64,000 bases of DNA, taken from NCBI GenBank assembly GCA_002633005.1, contig NMRA01000036.1:912440-976439 (forward strand), given 5' to 3'. This document shows positions 52,121-64,000 of the stretch, one piece after another. How positions within the stretch are numbered: position 1 is the first letter of the stretch; each line of letters starts with the position of its first letter. The notes below the pieces were generated by a model. That model made no database searches. It had not been told where the DNA came from and worked only from the letters and a program-made list of their open reading frames with translations. The translations under genes and the position numbers were made by a program. This DNA is from Phoronis australis (lineage: Eukaryota; Animalia; Phoronida).

Positions 52121-52356
52121 GAGGCAGTGTGGCCTTGTAGGATAAGTGTCTGTCTCCTGTACACAGAATTGTGAGTTGGGGTCCCACTGGGGGACACTGC
52201 AAGATCCTTTAGTCAGGTCTTTAGTTCCTCTGCTCGGTTTTAACTAAATATTAATAAAGCATAAAAATAGTTCCAAGTGATCAGTGCAATGGGTCCACCT
52301 AAGCAGCCTGCGCAGGTTTGGTACAATGTGTACAGACCACCTGCAATTACTTTTTT
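52121..52356 (+). mobile_element. tRNA-derived SINE, copy 1
   Basis: A-box-like TGGCCTTGTAGG and B-box-like GAGTTGGGGTCC. Body TAAAGCATAAAAAT..TCAGTGCAATGGGTCCAC..GCAGCCTGCGCA..CCTGCAATTA is shared with 59265-59466. Confidence 0.7.
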
Positions 52357-53576
52357 ATAATAACTCCTCATTTACGTCAGCCAAAAATATTAGTTTTGCA
52401 TGAAATGACTGCCTTGAAATACTTCCACTCCGTGTTGGCTCACATTTTTGGGTGATTCAAGTTTGCTTCTTAGTCAACTGAGTACGCGCAGTATATGGGA
52501 AACATCGGTCAGCTTCAAAATAGCATTTGACCTCGTGACCGGTCATGCAGATCATTCGTTTTACTTTGCCTTCACAGGTATAAAACGAAGCTGGGATTTG
52601 GCTTTTAAACATCGAAAAATGAATTTGTTGTTGTGTAGAATAAGAGTCTGCGACTGAAGAACACGGACATTTTAAATGCAATACAGAATACGCTAAAAGA
52701 ATGCGATGTCGTTGCCGACTACTGCAAACATATACACTGTGACTCGAAATTGATCCAAATTCCACATTTGAAAGCACACCTTACAGTTTGAAAATCAATT
52801 TGGTGAAGTAAGTTATGGGTAGACGTTAGCCTGATACGTGAGCACTTATAATGAAAATTCAATTCTCAAAAGTTGAGTGGGCGCTTAGCCAGAGAAGGCT
52901 TATTCCGAAAAAAAAGTAGGACATAGACACTTGCGTGAGCATGGTCATTAACCCGACTGTTTGTGGTAATAAGAAATTGAAAGATTGGAGTAGTATGAAA
53001 TATTATCAATTTAAAAAGTACAACGAACTCCACCTAGGTGTGACTGTTGATGGATATCATTACTATCTACCATTAGCTACCCTGAGTGTGACAATAACCA
53101 TGACCACTCCAGGTGTGATCATTACTGAAAACAATGTTTTGGCTAAATTGTCAAGGCTACAGATTTGTGCAGATATTTTGATCACTTCCAAACGGAACAT
53201 TGTTTTGTTGTGCTTTAACGTTAGTTGTTTCCTGTTTCACACACTGTGTGATTTGTGTACACTACTTTTCCAAGTAGTATCCAGATTTTGGTGACTTTAC
53301 ACGTTCATTCTTATTGTCACAGGACTCTGTTTCCATTACCAACAAGAACATCAAAACTGTGAGCAACACAAGAACATGATTCAGAGTTTATTGGGGTTTG
53401 CCAACACTTAAATTACAAATTTGAAAATGCCACATCTACTAATTGCCTGTGATTTTAGTTGCTGGCTTATTCAGCAATAATTTGAGATTGGATTATCAAT
53501 TCTTTAAGCTTTGTCATCACTATAGGATGTAATTTTATTGTACTAAAATATTCGTTGTGCACTTTCTTAACATTAG

Positions 53577-53727
53577 GAGCTTAAGTTTGCCAATCAAGGG
53601 GTGAAGGAGAAAGCGTTCAAGGACATCCAAGTGGAATCCAGCTCCTCAGGGACTGATCCTGTACAAACCCGCCCGAGGGTACCACAGAAACAGTTGTCCC
53701 AATCAGCTGCAGCATCAAGATACACAG
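53577..53727 (+). CDS. CCDC57: CCDC57 coding exon 18
   Basis: ELKFANQGVKEKAFKDIQVESSSSG..ASRYT continues the LQY.LT.QEL motif. Phase 0 to 1. Confidence 0.85.
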
Positions 53728-54932
53728 GTAACACAAATCAAGGTGCGTCAGACAAAGAACGATGATTTTTATGTGCTCACATATACACTGTAATATAGTT
53801 GGGGTTGCGTTTTGCCATCCTCTGTCTGGAATCAGTTCATTTGTGTTTGTGGTTGTATCTCCTAAGCCCCGTGCAGGATCTTTCTAAAGTCTGGCAAGTG
53901 TATTGTTACGAGTGTGACAATGGATGATGATGACTTTCGAATAAATCTGTGCAGCCTAGTAGCAATTTCATTTTTTGCATTTGCCTTAAGTTTGTATCTT
54001 AAAAGTTACTGAATAGATTTTTAATGAGATTTGGCTAATTGCAGGAAAACATTACCAGGAAGGAAAACCATTTAGACATATTGTAGGATTTTTTAATTTG
54101 GTTCAAAACAAAATGTTCAAGTTCCTAGCAAGTCTAAACATTCGGAAATTTTAACCTATGAAATGACGCTGATTTGGTCTCTGAACATTGCAAATTAGTG
54201 GCACTAAGAATATGACATGATTTACACCAACTAAAGACAACCTTTCCCAGGCGAAATCACCGGCATAAGCTTTGTGACTTTGTCAAATAAAGTTCTTTTC
54301 ATCAAATTCATTAACATGACCTCATTGAGTACTTTGTACAACTGTGACGAAAAATTATGTTTTTTTTTTCAAGAACTACCATCTTTTGAGTGGAGTTGAG
54401 GTATTCATAGTTACCTTAAAAATATTTCTTTAGACCCTTAAGTTGACACTAGTTTCTGAACTGCGGGTAACTTTTTCAACATGCAAATGGAAGTGTGTTT
54501 GATTTCAATCCCATCATTTTGGATAGCATATAGTGAAGTAAAGCAAAAAACTGATACACTGATAATTTTAAACATAATCCAATTCAGTGGCACACATTTC
54601 TTTCACAGCTGAGTGCCAAGTAGTTGTTTTTGTTTCAAAAACATGCTATTTGTTGCATGGCAAATTATAAAGTTTTCCTATCAAAAAATCCATATCAAAA
54701 CTAAAAATTCCCTTCTTTTTTGTTGGTGAAAATTTACATTTAGTGTAGATATCTGTGGATGGAAAAAAATAAATCATCACACTCATCAACTGTCTTTTAA
54801 ATAATTGCTGCAGCATTGTTTTATGAATTTCTTGCTCCTGCATTAATTCAGAAACAATAGTTCAAGCCGTCAAATAAACCAATGTCACAATCACCCTTAG
54901 TTGATGCGTAACAACTGACACAATGGAATGAT

Positions 54933-55280
54933 TGGGCGCAAGTATTTGATGTGTAAACACGACTGACATGGAACAAATTTATACCTCGGTGACAACTTTA
55001 ATTTGTAACCTGTAAATTGCGCCAGATTGTCTCATTCCTTGTCAACTTTACATCTAAACGAAAACCTGTAGCTAAGCAGATGGGATAATCTCAAACTGAT
55101 ATGGTGCAAACTTATACCGCAGTGACGACTTATGCCACCTGTTTATGAGGCAACGAAAATTGCGCCCGATTGTCTCATTTCTTGTGAACTTTACATCTAA
55201 ACACAAACCTGTGGCAAGGCAGAAAGGATAATCTCAGTGATGTTTGTGCAGTCACCTTCTTACGGGTATTTTTGCGCCCT
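54933..55280. mobile_element. Small TIR element containing a two-copy internal tandem repeat (~135-145 bp)
   Basis: GGGCGCAAGTAT / ATTTTTGCGCCC ends and a duplicated AATTGCGCC.GATTGTCTCATT..AACTTTACATCTAAAC..GATAATCTCA. Confidence 0.55.
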
Positions 55281-55905
55281 ATTTACAAACAATTGTCACT
55301 CGTTTTGATACTGAGTTAATTGCGATCATTGTGTTGATGTTTCCAGGTCACCATGATGCTGTAAACTGAATCCATCATTGACATTTAAATGCAAAAACAG
55401 AAAAAGTTGTCACGCATTGCAACTGCTACCCCCCCCCTGTGTTGAGTAGTCCAAGGATTTGTTTCATGAAAAGTGATTCAAGAGTTAAGACTGAAATTTG
55501 GTGTTACGCTACCACTTCCCAGTTGTCAAATGAAGGTTTAGTCTCATGTAATTAAATGTTAGCTCATCATGCCTGTAGTTAGTTTGTACAAATTTTATCA
55601 ATAATTAACAATTAAGGGTATATTCTCAGATAGTTCATTCTTTTGCTAAAATTCAAACTGAAGAATTTTTCAAAAACAGTTACATGGATCGTAAGACCAA
55701 ATTTCTGTCGAAAGTCTTTAAACTCACTTCAAAAAGACGCCAGGTCTTCCCTCTTGGCAGATTCGGATTGTGTACCTAATATAATCTCACAATTGAATGC
55801 TTATCTGACTGATCTTATGTCACTTTTGAATGGGGGAGCCCCTAATCATGAGTCAACATCTTTTCACATTCATAATTTCATCGGTTCCCTCTTTCCATTC
55901 ACCAG

Positions 55906-56100
55906 TTCCTGAACGACCAGAGATGGGCTACAGACAAAAACCTCTCAGAGCAGAAAGTGACAGCAGGCATGACACAGTATCGACATCCCAAGATCAACCA
56001 CTGATGACTAGCATGTCTTCAATGGGAGGGGAGTCTCTCCAGGAGGTCTGGAAGATTCTGGACAACCCCCAGAGTCCATCCATGTTTTCCCAAACTCAGG
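55906..56100 (+). CDS. CCDC57: CCDC57 coding exon 19
   Basis: SMSSMGGESLQEVWKILDNPQSPS (cf. human SGTLQDMWRLLDLGSSPS). Phase 1 to 1; the ORF is still open at the donor. Confidence 0.9.
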
Positions 56101-56298
56101 GTAGGTATTGCGAGGTGGGAAAATGCTTTCTGAACATGTTTGCTATTTTGTTGGAATGACTTTTGAAATAACCATTGTATGCATTGACACATTTAAACAA
56201 AGCTAAAGAAAGAAGTCCGTTAAAATTTAAGAAGTTTATTTAATGTTTAGTTTATTGGGAGAAACTGAGCATGTGCCTTTTTATGAGCCTACATATTT

Positions 56299-56462
56299 AT
56301 ATATGGACACATAATGCTGTTATCCCTGTCAGTCTGTCTATATGTGGACACATAATGCTGTTATCCCTGTCACTCCGTCTATATGTGGACACATAATGCT
56401 GTTATCCCTGTCACTCCGTCTATATGTGGACACATAATGCTGTTATCCCTGTCACTCCGTCT
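56299..56462 (+). repeat. 41-bp minisatellite, 4 copies, at the 5' end of a HINE copy
   Basis: Unit ATATGTGGACACATAATGCTGTTATCCCTGTCACTCCGTCT; copies 2-4 are identical. Confidence 0.95.
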
Positions 56463-59264
56463 ATATGGCATCCACTGCTGTATTTCCAAAACCCTTGGAT
56501 ATATGCTAATGAAATTTGGCTTTGATGGATGTGACGGCATGAATGAAGGATATGCATACTGGTGCAACCCCTATTGGCAATTTTAGTTTCATTGTTACAT
56601 TTACATCAGTTCTTAAAAGACAAGAATTAAAACCTAATACTGGTCGTACATTTCAACTGAGCAACAGTATGTCCTCATCTCTAGGACTTTCACTAGCTAG
56701 TGCCGTGGTGGTGTTCGGCTGATGACGTAATCTGTGTGGAATGAAACGCAGCATGTGATCTCATGCCAAGATCCAAAATGCATACACCACTGATGTCAAA
56801 TGAATGTCCTGCAGTCACGATATGAGTGAAAGTTTCTGACAGTTGAATTTGAAAGATTTGTTATTCTGTTGAAGGGAGCTTATAATCTTTAACAAAAGAA
56901 GCAAGAGATGGTCATCTGTTCCGGTGATGGCTGCAGAGTGGTACAGGTACGTCAACTTTCGGGTAATGACTTGGTCGTGGGACACGGCAAGCATGCACCC
57001 CAACGTTAATCAGACCATTGAACTTCAAAGAGAACTTTTATTTTACGACTAAACTACAATGTAGTTTGCTAGTTCTGTAGCCTCAAGATGGTGTTTTCAA
57101 GCAATTTCTTTGAACCAAATTCTTATGTTACATGTGTTTACAAGCTAGGACATAACATATTCAACATACCATAGATACCCCTGTGTGACATCCTTGACGG
57201 TTCAGAAAGATTGCTTAGAAGCGCTCTTGACCTAGTTGATCAGTTTTCGAAGACTTCAATTCTAATTTTGACTTTAGAAAAAACAACTTGTATCAGATAA
57301 TTCAAGGATGAAATATGCTTTAAATGGCCCAGTTTAAAATTTACGATGCTTGAGATTGTTTTTCTACTGACATTCAAGAAATAAATGATATAATTTTAAC
57401 CTTAAATTCTCTTGGTTGATATCAAAATGGAAATCATAGGACGGTAAAACAAAAATTAAGTGCTCTTGGAAAAATTACTGAGTGTTAATAAAATCATTGC
57501 TCCTTCCAAGGTTTATTTATGTTCTGTCGTGTTTGCCAATCCCCAATGACATGTTTTCTAAAAATTTGGAAAAAAATGTTCCTTAATTACTTTTTGGGGG
57601 AACATATGGTAGAATTGGTCGTAAAACCATAATTCAATTGTAACAGTACGAGTTAGGTGGATTCAAAATGATAGCCATTTATTCTTTTGTAAGATTACAT
57701 GGATGCATAGGATCCTGAAATACAGTTTCTGTCACAGATTTTAGGGCATGGGCATGTCTGGTATGAAACACTGATTTAAAATCACTGGTAACTACTATAG
57801 CCATGCTGCCACCCAAACTAGCAATCATTTTGGATGAAAATATAATGTTTGATTTTGTTTAAACAGTGTTCACATATTATGTCATCACTGGAGAGTGAGG
57901 GTTTGGAAAAGATGATGGTTTATGATGGGGTGGGGAGTAAACTTATGGTGATGTCATCACAGTACACATCGTTGGGAAACTGGTTCATCTTCTAGCGGAA
58001 TTAATTCCCAAACTGCAACCTGTCATTTCACACTTCCAATATTTGGTGATATTGGTGATATTTCACCTGAGGCTTATGAACCTGTTCACTGACAAACACA
58101 AGCCCCACTCCATCACTGCCTGTCACTGACAACCATCACTGTGACATAGTGCTTAGGGCATGATCAGGACATCCAGCGACACTCGTGATCATGTTTTGCA
58201 GGGAATGGTACTTGCATTGTGAGCTTGTTGATCATATATGCAGGGTTGTGACAGCATTTTTGTTTCTGCATTTAATTTATTACTTTACCTTAAATGTGCC
58301 AGAATTGTTTTACTGTGCTTCCATACTGTACCTCAAGTTTCATAGTTAAACCTCAAATTTGGCTGCAATGACGTAATGAGAGGCTGGACAGGAAGGGGGG
58401 GGGGTATCCGCGGAAGGTTATGTCATGGTGAGGAGTGATGATGGAGGGGGTAAAAGTGGCAAACTTTGGACGATGCAGTATGTGAACACACCCTTGTAAC
58501 TCCAAGATTGATAGATAAACGCTGTTTTGGAAGAATTGGTATGAAAAACATATTAGTTACATCTTAGATCTACTGGTCGAGGATGGACTTTTGTTGTCAT
58601 GGCATTTGGTTTTTGTAAAAAGCTCAATTTTACACCAATGTTGCTTGCTGTCAATGGAAAAAATAAAGAGAATTTTCCATTCTGTACAGCTTTATGCCAT
58701 TTGTAAATTATTGTTTGCAGATAAAAAGGGACAAAATATGTATAAAATAATCTCTTTGAAACGAATTAAAATGTATCCTTTACAGACAAGTTATGGTATT
58801 TTTAACCAATCCGCTTTATTGTAACAAAATTGACATTTTTTCATTGATATATAATAACCTAATTGTAAGTATAATTCAAGTTATTTAAATCGACAGATTG
58901 TGTGTGTGTGAATGAGTGTATGAAAGTCCTTCCCCTTTCCTCTATCACTGTTATATAATAATTGTGTGTTAATTGTACTCCTAATCACTACGAGTTATTT
59001 TCAAAATACTTATTTGTCTTGTATGATGCATCCTTACTTATGTTGTAAGGATATGTTGCTGGAGTCACCCAACCCCAGCCATGTTCATTATTGATATGAT
59101 TTCTGGGTAAATAAATTATTAAAAAAATACATTCTTTTATTCCTGAACAATTTACGCATTCTTACATTTTCATTTTGATGGATTTTATGTTCTTCATAGT
59201 TTTATTCTTAGTAAGTATATTGAAATGTTGACTTTTCTTCCAGAAGGAAGATTTTTACACAGGA

Positions 59265-59466
59265 GGAGGCAGTTGGGACGTGGCCTAGTTGGATAATTGT
59301 TGCTTCCTCTGCTCAATATCGTGGGTTCAAGTCACATTGCTAGTCTCCAGCTCCTCAGCTATTTGTAAAGCATAAAAATGGTTCCAGCCAATCAGTGCAA
59401 TGGGTCCACATGAGCAGCCTGCGCACATCTGGTGCAACGTGAACCAGAATGCCTGCAATTATTTTT
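59265..59466 (+). mobile_element. tRNA-derived SINE, copy 2
   Basis: A box TGGCCTAGTTGG, B box GGGTTCAAGTC, body shared with 52121-52356. Confidence 0.75.
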
Positions 59467-60499
59467 ATAAGATATTACACAAAATCATAGACTGTTACTT
59501 GAGCTTAAGCTGTTGGTTTACTGAATACATTTATGCTGAGAAGAACTATATCATTGCTGTGCTGTAGGTGTCTTAAGGACACCAAATCCTGTGTGTGGTG
59601 CTAATATCAAGCAAAATTTTGAAAAGCTCTCATAATCTCTCATCTCTCTTAATTTCAAAAGGTTGTTACCAAACCTTTTTGACCTATGAACAGATGATTA
59701 AAAACGACTTTCCCATCCAGTTCCCTGAAACAAAATAATCATTTTGTAACCCTTGATAACCTTCAAAAGTTTGGATCAAAATTTTTAAAAATTCATTTCA
59801 AAGTCTGCTAATTGGGAAAGCGTGACCTATGCTTTAGGTGAGTTACAAAACAATTGTAGAGAAAGACCATCCACCAAGAACCATGATATCCAATCTGTGC
59901 TTTTATAATTCAAGGGGTGTCTATATTGCCTTAGCATGTGGCAGATCTAGATCTGAAGGTCACAAAACAGGGTTTAGTACCCTTGATGGTGATCAGGTGA
60001 TTTCAAAGGTAATTGACAACCTTTGTCACCAAGGATCAAATTTCTCAACAACCTTTTAACATTGACTGCCAAGGAATACCGAAGACTCCAGTGTAACTGC
60101 TCACGCAAATTTATGGCACTGCTTCATCAAAGTTTTGCTGCTTTTATGGATTTCTAAAACTTAAAGGTTACATTATGTAGAGGATGTAAAAGATTTTGTT
60201 GCTCTTTGTCATTTTTTGCTTAAACTGTATTTAAATTTTATTTCCCTGTTTATTGACTTTGTTACGCTGACGGATTTTAGCATCAGTTGTTTATTACATT
60301 AAATTATGTCTAATTATTTAGTAAATGTACTAATATTTTTGATGCCTCATGTGTTTTCTATTAAATATGAAAAAATAGGGGTTCATTTATTTGAGCTATT
60401 TTAGCTTGAACAGCGTCACATAAAAAAAGTGCTCCTATTTCAATCACGATAGCCCGTCACATTACATTAGTCGAGATTAGGTTATGTTGCAGGTTACCA

Positions 60500-62600
60500 A
60501 ATAGATTTTATTGCCATCAGCAAACTAGAACGAGAATTTATACCTTTTGAATGTTTTCGGTCTCCTTGATCTGTCGGCCACCCCCAAACTGATGACTGTT
60601 GGACACCCAGATGTGTGACATCATGATCGGATTGGGCGGAGCTAGAAACCTGGTTCTTCTGTAGATTGGCAATTGTCCAGTTGGAATTGTCCCACATCCC
60701 TATTCTTGCTTGTATTGCCCATTTTTTTATGTAAATACTTCTCTCATGCACCTTGTAAATTTGTTGCTATCATTGTCCAGAATGGAGACATTGTGCAAGT
60801 CAGTCAAAGGATTGTTTTGCAACGCATGGTCCATTATAGCTGATTTGTATACAGTGTGCTCAGACATTTTTTTTTATTTATGTATTCGTATATAATCATT
60901 GTATATAGACTTCTTTGTATTTTTTTACCCAGATCTAATGCCTCTTGGCGCTTTCTGGGTTATGTATATTCATTGTATTCTGAAGATTTTGTAATAAACA
61001 TTAAAAAAATGAAAAAAAAAATTGTTTTGCAACGCATGGTCCATTATAGCTGATTTGTATACAGTGTGCTCAGACATTCTTCGTTGACACCGAGTGTAGT
61101 AATTGTGATTTTCCTGCACGAGATCCTTGCAAATGGTGCGCAGTGTGCGGATCAAAGAGGTCAAAAACCTTCATGAGGTATAAACTTTTCGTCTACGCCA
61201 AAAGAATTTTTAGTAAACATATTTATTCTGGTCGGATGAATTTATTTGGTACTTAGATATCTACAGCAGACTGCGTTAATGCCCAGTCTTGTGTTAATGC
61301 CAATCTTCAACGGTAACACTACTTTGTAAATTTGGTTCCTACAGTATTTTAAGAGCATCACTCTGAGCCCACTAGTGCCATAAATTGCCACATGTAACGA
61401 ACTGTTAGACATATTGGCTTGCTTTTGTCTACGTCACCGCGAGAATCACCTTTTAATTCAAACAGCTGGAAATAACACCCGCACGCAATAGTGCTCTATT
61501 CAGATCCCTATTCAATACAACCTTTTGTTGGTTGTGCTGGTATCTCGCTGTGATGCAACATGGCACGAAAAGGCAGTTTCACTTATTTGACAGGCTCACA
61601 ATTGAACTCGCATTTTCTTACTAAGGCTTTGCTAGGACTATCTGGTTAGCCCAATTCATCTAAAATAACAAAGTTCCGTTGCAGTTAGGCTTTAAGTTTT
61701 GTAAAATTTGGAGTCTTGCTATTAAGTGCTTCAGTAAGAAAAGCTCAATGCAAAATCAAAAATAATATTCAAATGCTTTATAAACTAGCTAATCTGGCAC
61801 TATCAACTAAATAATTAAGGAAAAAGTTAAAGATAAAATCGGTCATGGAAACCACTAAATATTTTCATGCGAAGCATGGCAACATCAAGAGATGTGGACG
61901 AAAACAACCAAAAAACTCGAGATTGTATTAAATTTACAAAAAAACAACAAAAGCATAGATGGGAATTGAAATATAGAAAGGCAATTTTGCTGCTGGTTTC
62001 ACATCAATAAGAATATCTGATTCAGTAACTTTTCCCAAAGAATTCCAAGAATAGTATTTTTTTGAATATTGTTGCGAAAAGATTTGTGATGAACAGGGAG
62101 TTGTTCGTAGGAAATACACTATGTTGATCAGGAGTATGATTTTGATGCCTGTGAACAGCGTACATTGTGTAAACATTAAAATTTGATGCAACCAAATGAT
62201 CACAAACACGAGTTTCTGTGATTTTTAGGGTTCAAGTTTAACTCTGTGAAACGACATTACAATTGAATTGAATCAGAATTCAAGTTCATTCAATTAAACA
62301 CCAAAATTATCTTGGAGGACGGTCCCCAAGTTAGGTGAACTTAGTCAAATTAATTTGTGTACCCAACCTTACAATGAGAAACAGACATAACAAAAATAAG
62401 TAAACTCCATTGTTTTGCCTGTGCAGCCAATTTCGTGTGAGCCGACATCTGCCAAGATGATACTTGTCTGGACCCTTTCAGCAACGCCCAACACCATCAT
62501 GTCTGTATTTTTGCATTCCTTAATACCATGAATTGTCAAACAATATTTACGTTTACTGTTCACTACTACCAAGCTCTTGTCTCCATTTTAGCTCCGAGTA
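60500..62600 (-). mobile_element. Heavily decayed CR1/L2-group LINE 5' portion (ORF1 and endonuclease traces)
   Basis: 62369-62572 reads SKRKYCLTIHGIKE..DMMVLGVAERVQTSIILADVGSHEIG, resembling the ORF1 motif SRRNxLxIxGIxE..SHRIG. Weaker traces downstream (YSWNSLGKV, SDH). Confidence 0.5.
60811..61078 (+). mobile_element. Short poly(A)-tailed retro-insertion (60869-61020) flanked by a perfect 58-bp direct repeat
   Basis: ATTGTTTTGCAACG...GCTCAGACATT occurs at 60811-60868 and 61021-61078. The insert ends AATAAACATTAAAAAAATGAAAAAAAAA. Confidence 0.85.
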
Positions 62601-63514
62601 CATGCAGCTAAACATTCTGACATGTATGAACCAGATGAACTCACTAAACCTATGATCTCTTAAAGGTGCAATCAACCAAACATCAGACAAAAGAACTTTT
62701 TATTTAGGCCAAATGCCTCAAATGACAGAAATATGTGCCCGAATAAGCAAAATCTGTAATTTCATACGATCAGTCAGTTCATGCGAGAATCCATTGGCTG
62801 GTTGCACGAAACAGTACCAAATACGAGCTCAACTAAGTTTCCTAAATATTTGTTTTGTTCTTTAATCACAGAATGCAATATTTTTCTATCATTTTTATTA
62901 CCTTTATTATGAGGCTCCCTTTGACTACTGACATTTTCTCATCAACTAAAAACTGAGCCCTTAATTCAATCAAAATCATCAGGAAGTTAGTCCTTAACTG
63001 GGGGCGTGTCATGAAAAAATCCCTACTTATTTTCAATAACATTGAAAATTCAACGTAGAGTTCACTCTCAATTTGTATCAAAGTAAAAAATTCACATAGT
63101 AATCACATTTAACAGCATAAGATAGGACAATCGGGGGGTTTTCACAAGACTACAAATACGCGATAGATTTAGGGAACTTAGTTGAGTCCCTATTTGGGTC
63201 TGTTTCATGCAACCAGGCTCAATAAGTAAGCTCAACCAGGTGCAGACCATGGTCTTAAACAATGATTAAATATACAGTAGGTTTTTCCTAGGCCCAAATG
63301 CCTGTTCCATAGACATAGTACACTTATAGAAAAACACAAGATGCCAAGTTTTATGAGATATTGCCATGCATATCAAATGAAGCGCACCAACTTTACTCAC
63401 AAGAGTTTTTTCATCTCATCGCACTCAGCCTGGAATTTACTTCTCATAATCTCAGTGAAGATCAAATTGAAATCAAGCATTATGTAACAATAAGCCAAGT
63501 TATTTTCTTGACAG

Positions 63515-63603
63515 AAGGCAGCTTCACAGCAGAAACCAAACAAAATACTACACATCAAACAAACTCTGTAAAGTCTCCTGCCAAATGCTCTTTGTTTTCA
63601 TGA
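63515..63603 (+). CDS. Candidate terminal exon of CCDC57 (EGSFTAETKQNTTHQTNSVKSPAKCSLFS*)
   Basis: Good acceptor TATTTTCTTGACAG with compatible phase 1 and a stop at 63601-63603. Lacks the IRNYN-type C-terminal motif I recall for CCDC57. Confidence 0.25.
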
Positions 63604-64000
63604 CTATTAGTTTGCAATACTTTGTTTCGAATTCGTTTTATCTGTCTCAGTCTCTCCAGCCAGTTAGAAGCATAAGGGTCTTTTGGGTTCGCCTTCTGTG
63701 TTACCAGCACATGTGCAGCCAACTGCAAAGCAGAAAAATTAAATTACCATAAACTTTCGGGTTAACGCCCATGCTCTCGTAAAGCTCTCGTATTTTGAAA
63801 CTCACTGAAAGATGCCAAATTCTCACTATTTTGATGAATGTAACTGCCGGGTCATAGAGGATATATGGCGACCGAAGGGACATTGTGCCTCACTGGGTTA
63901 ACGATTTGCTACCTCTCGATTTCTGGATTCAGATGTTCGCAATAAGTTACTATATATTTGTGTATCATCTTGAAGTAAGTATTAAAAAGTCAAGTCAAAC

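Noticed and set aside
59265-59345. Genuine tRNA gene (also 11615-11690 and 52121-52200)
   Set aside because: A and B boxes are present but there is no cloverleaf, and a shared non-tRNA body follows, which indicates SINEs.

Overview
AT-rich animal genomic DNA, probably a marine invertebrate (inferred from the repeat landscape), with two assembly gaps (2683-3172, 49475-49546). The main feature is a plus-strand multi-exon CCDC57 ortholog (centriolar/ciliary coiled-coil protein). I traced 19 coding exons by hand from ATG 22988 to 56100; all have GT-AG introns with consistent phases, giving 2953 nt (about 984 codons). The terminal exon is unresolved. The rest is mostly decayed mobile DNA: a Tc1/mariner element, an L1/Tx1-type LINE, a THAP-bearing Kolobok-type element, a RecQ-helicase relic with a possible OB-fold relic (AcademH-like), a Penelope element with an inverted 5' piece, RTEX/CR1-type LINE fragments, tRNA-derived SINEs, several MITEs, and about a dozen Helentron/HINE-type copies in the CCDC57 introns, all in the same orientation. 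I found no intact novel multi-gene system. The best leads are the RecQ/OB-fold relic, the in-frame uORF abutting the CCDC57 start, the HINE orientation bias, a poly(A) insertion with a 58-bp target duplication, and the twin-priming-like Penelope inversion. Family assignments rest on motif recall, not database searches.
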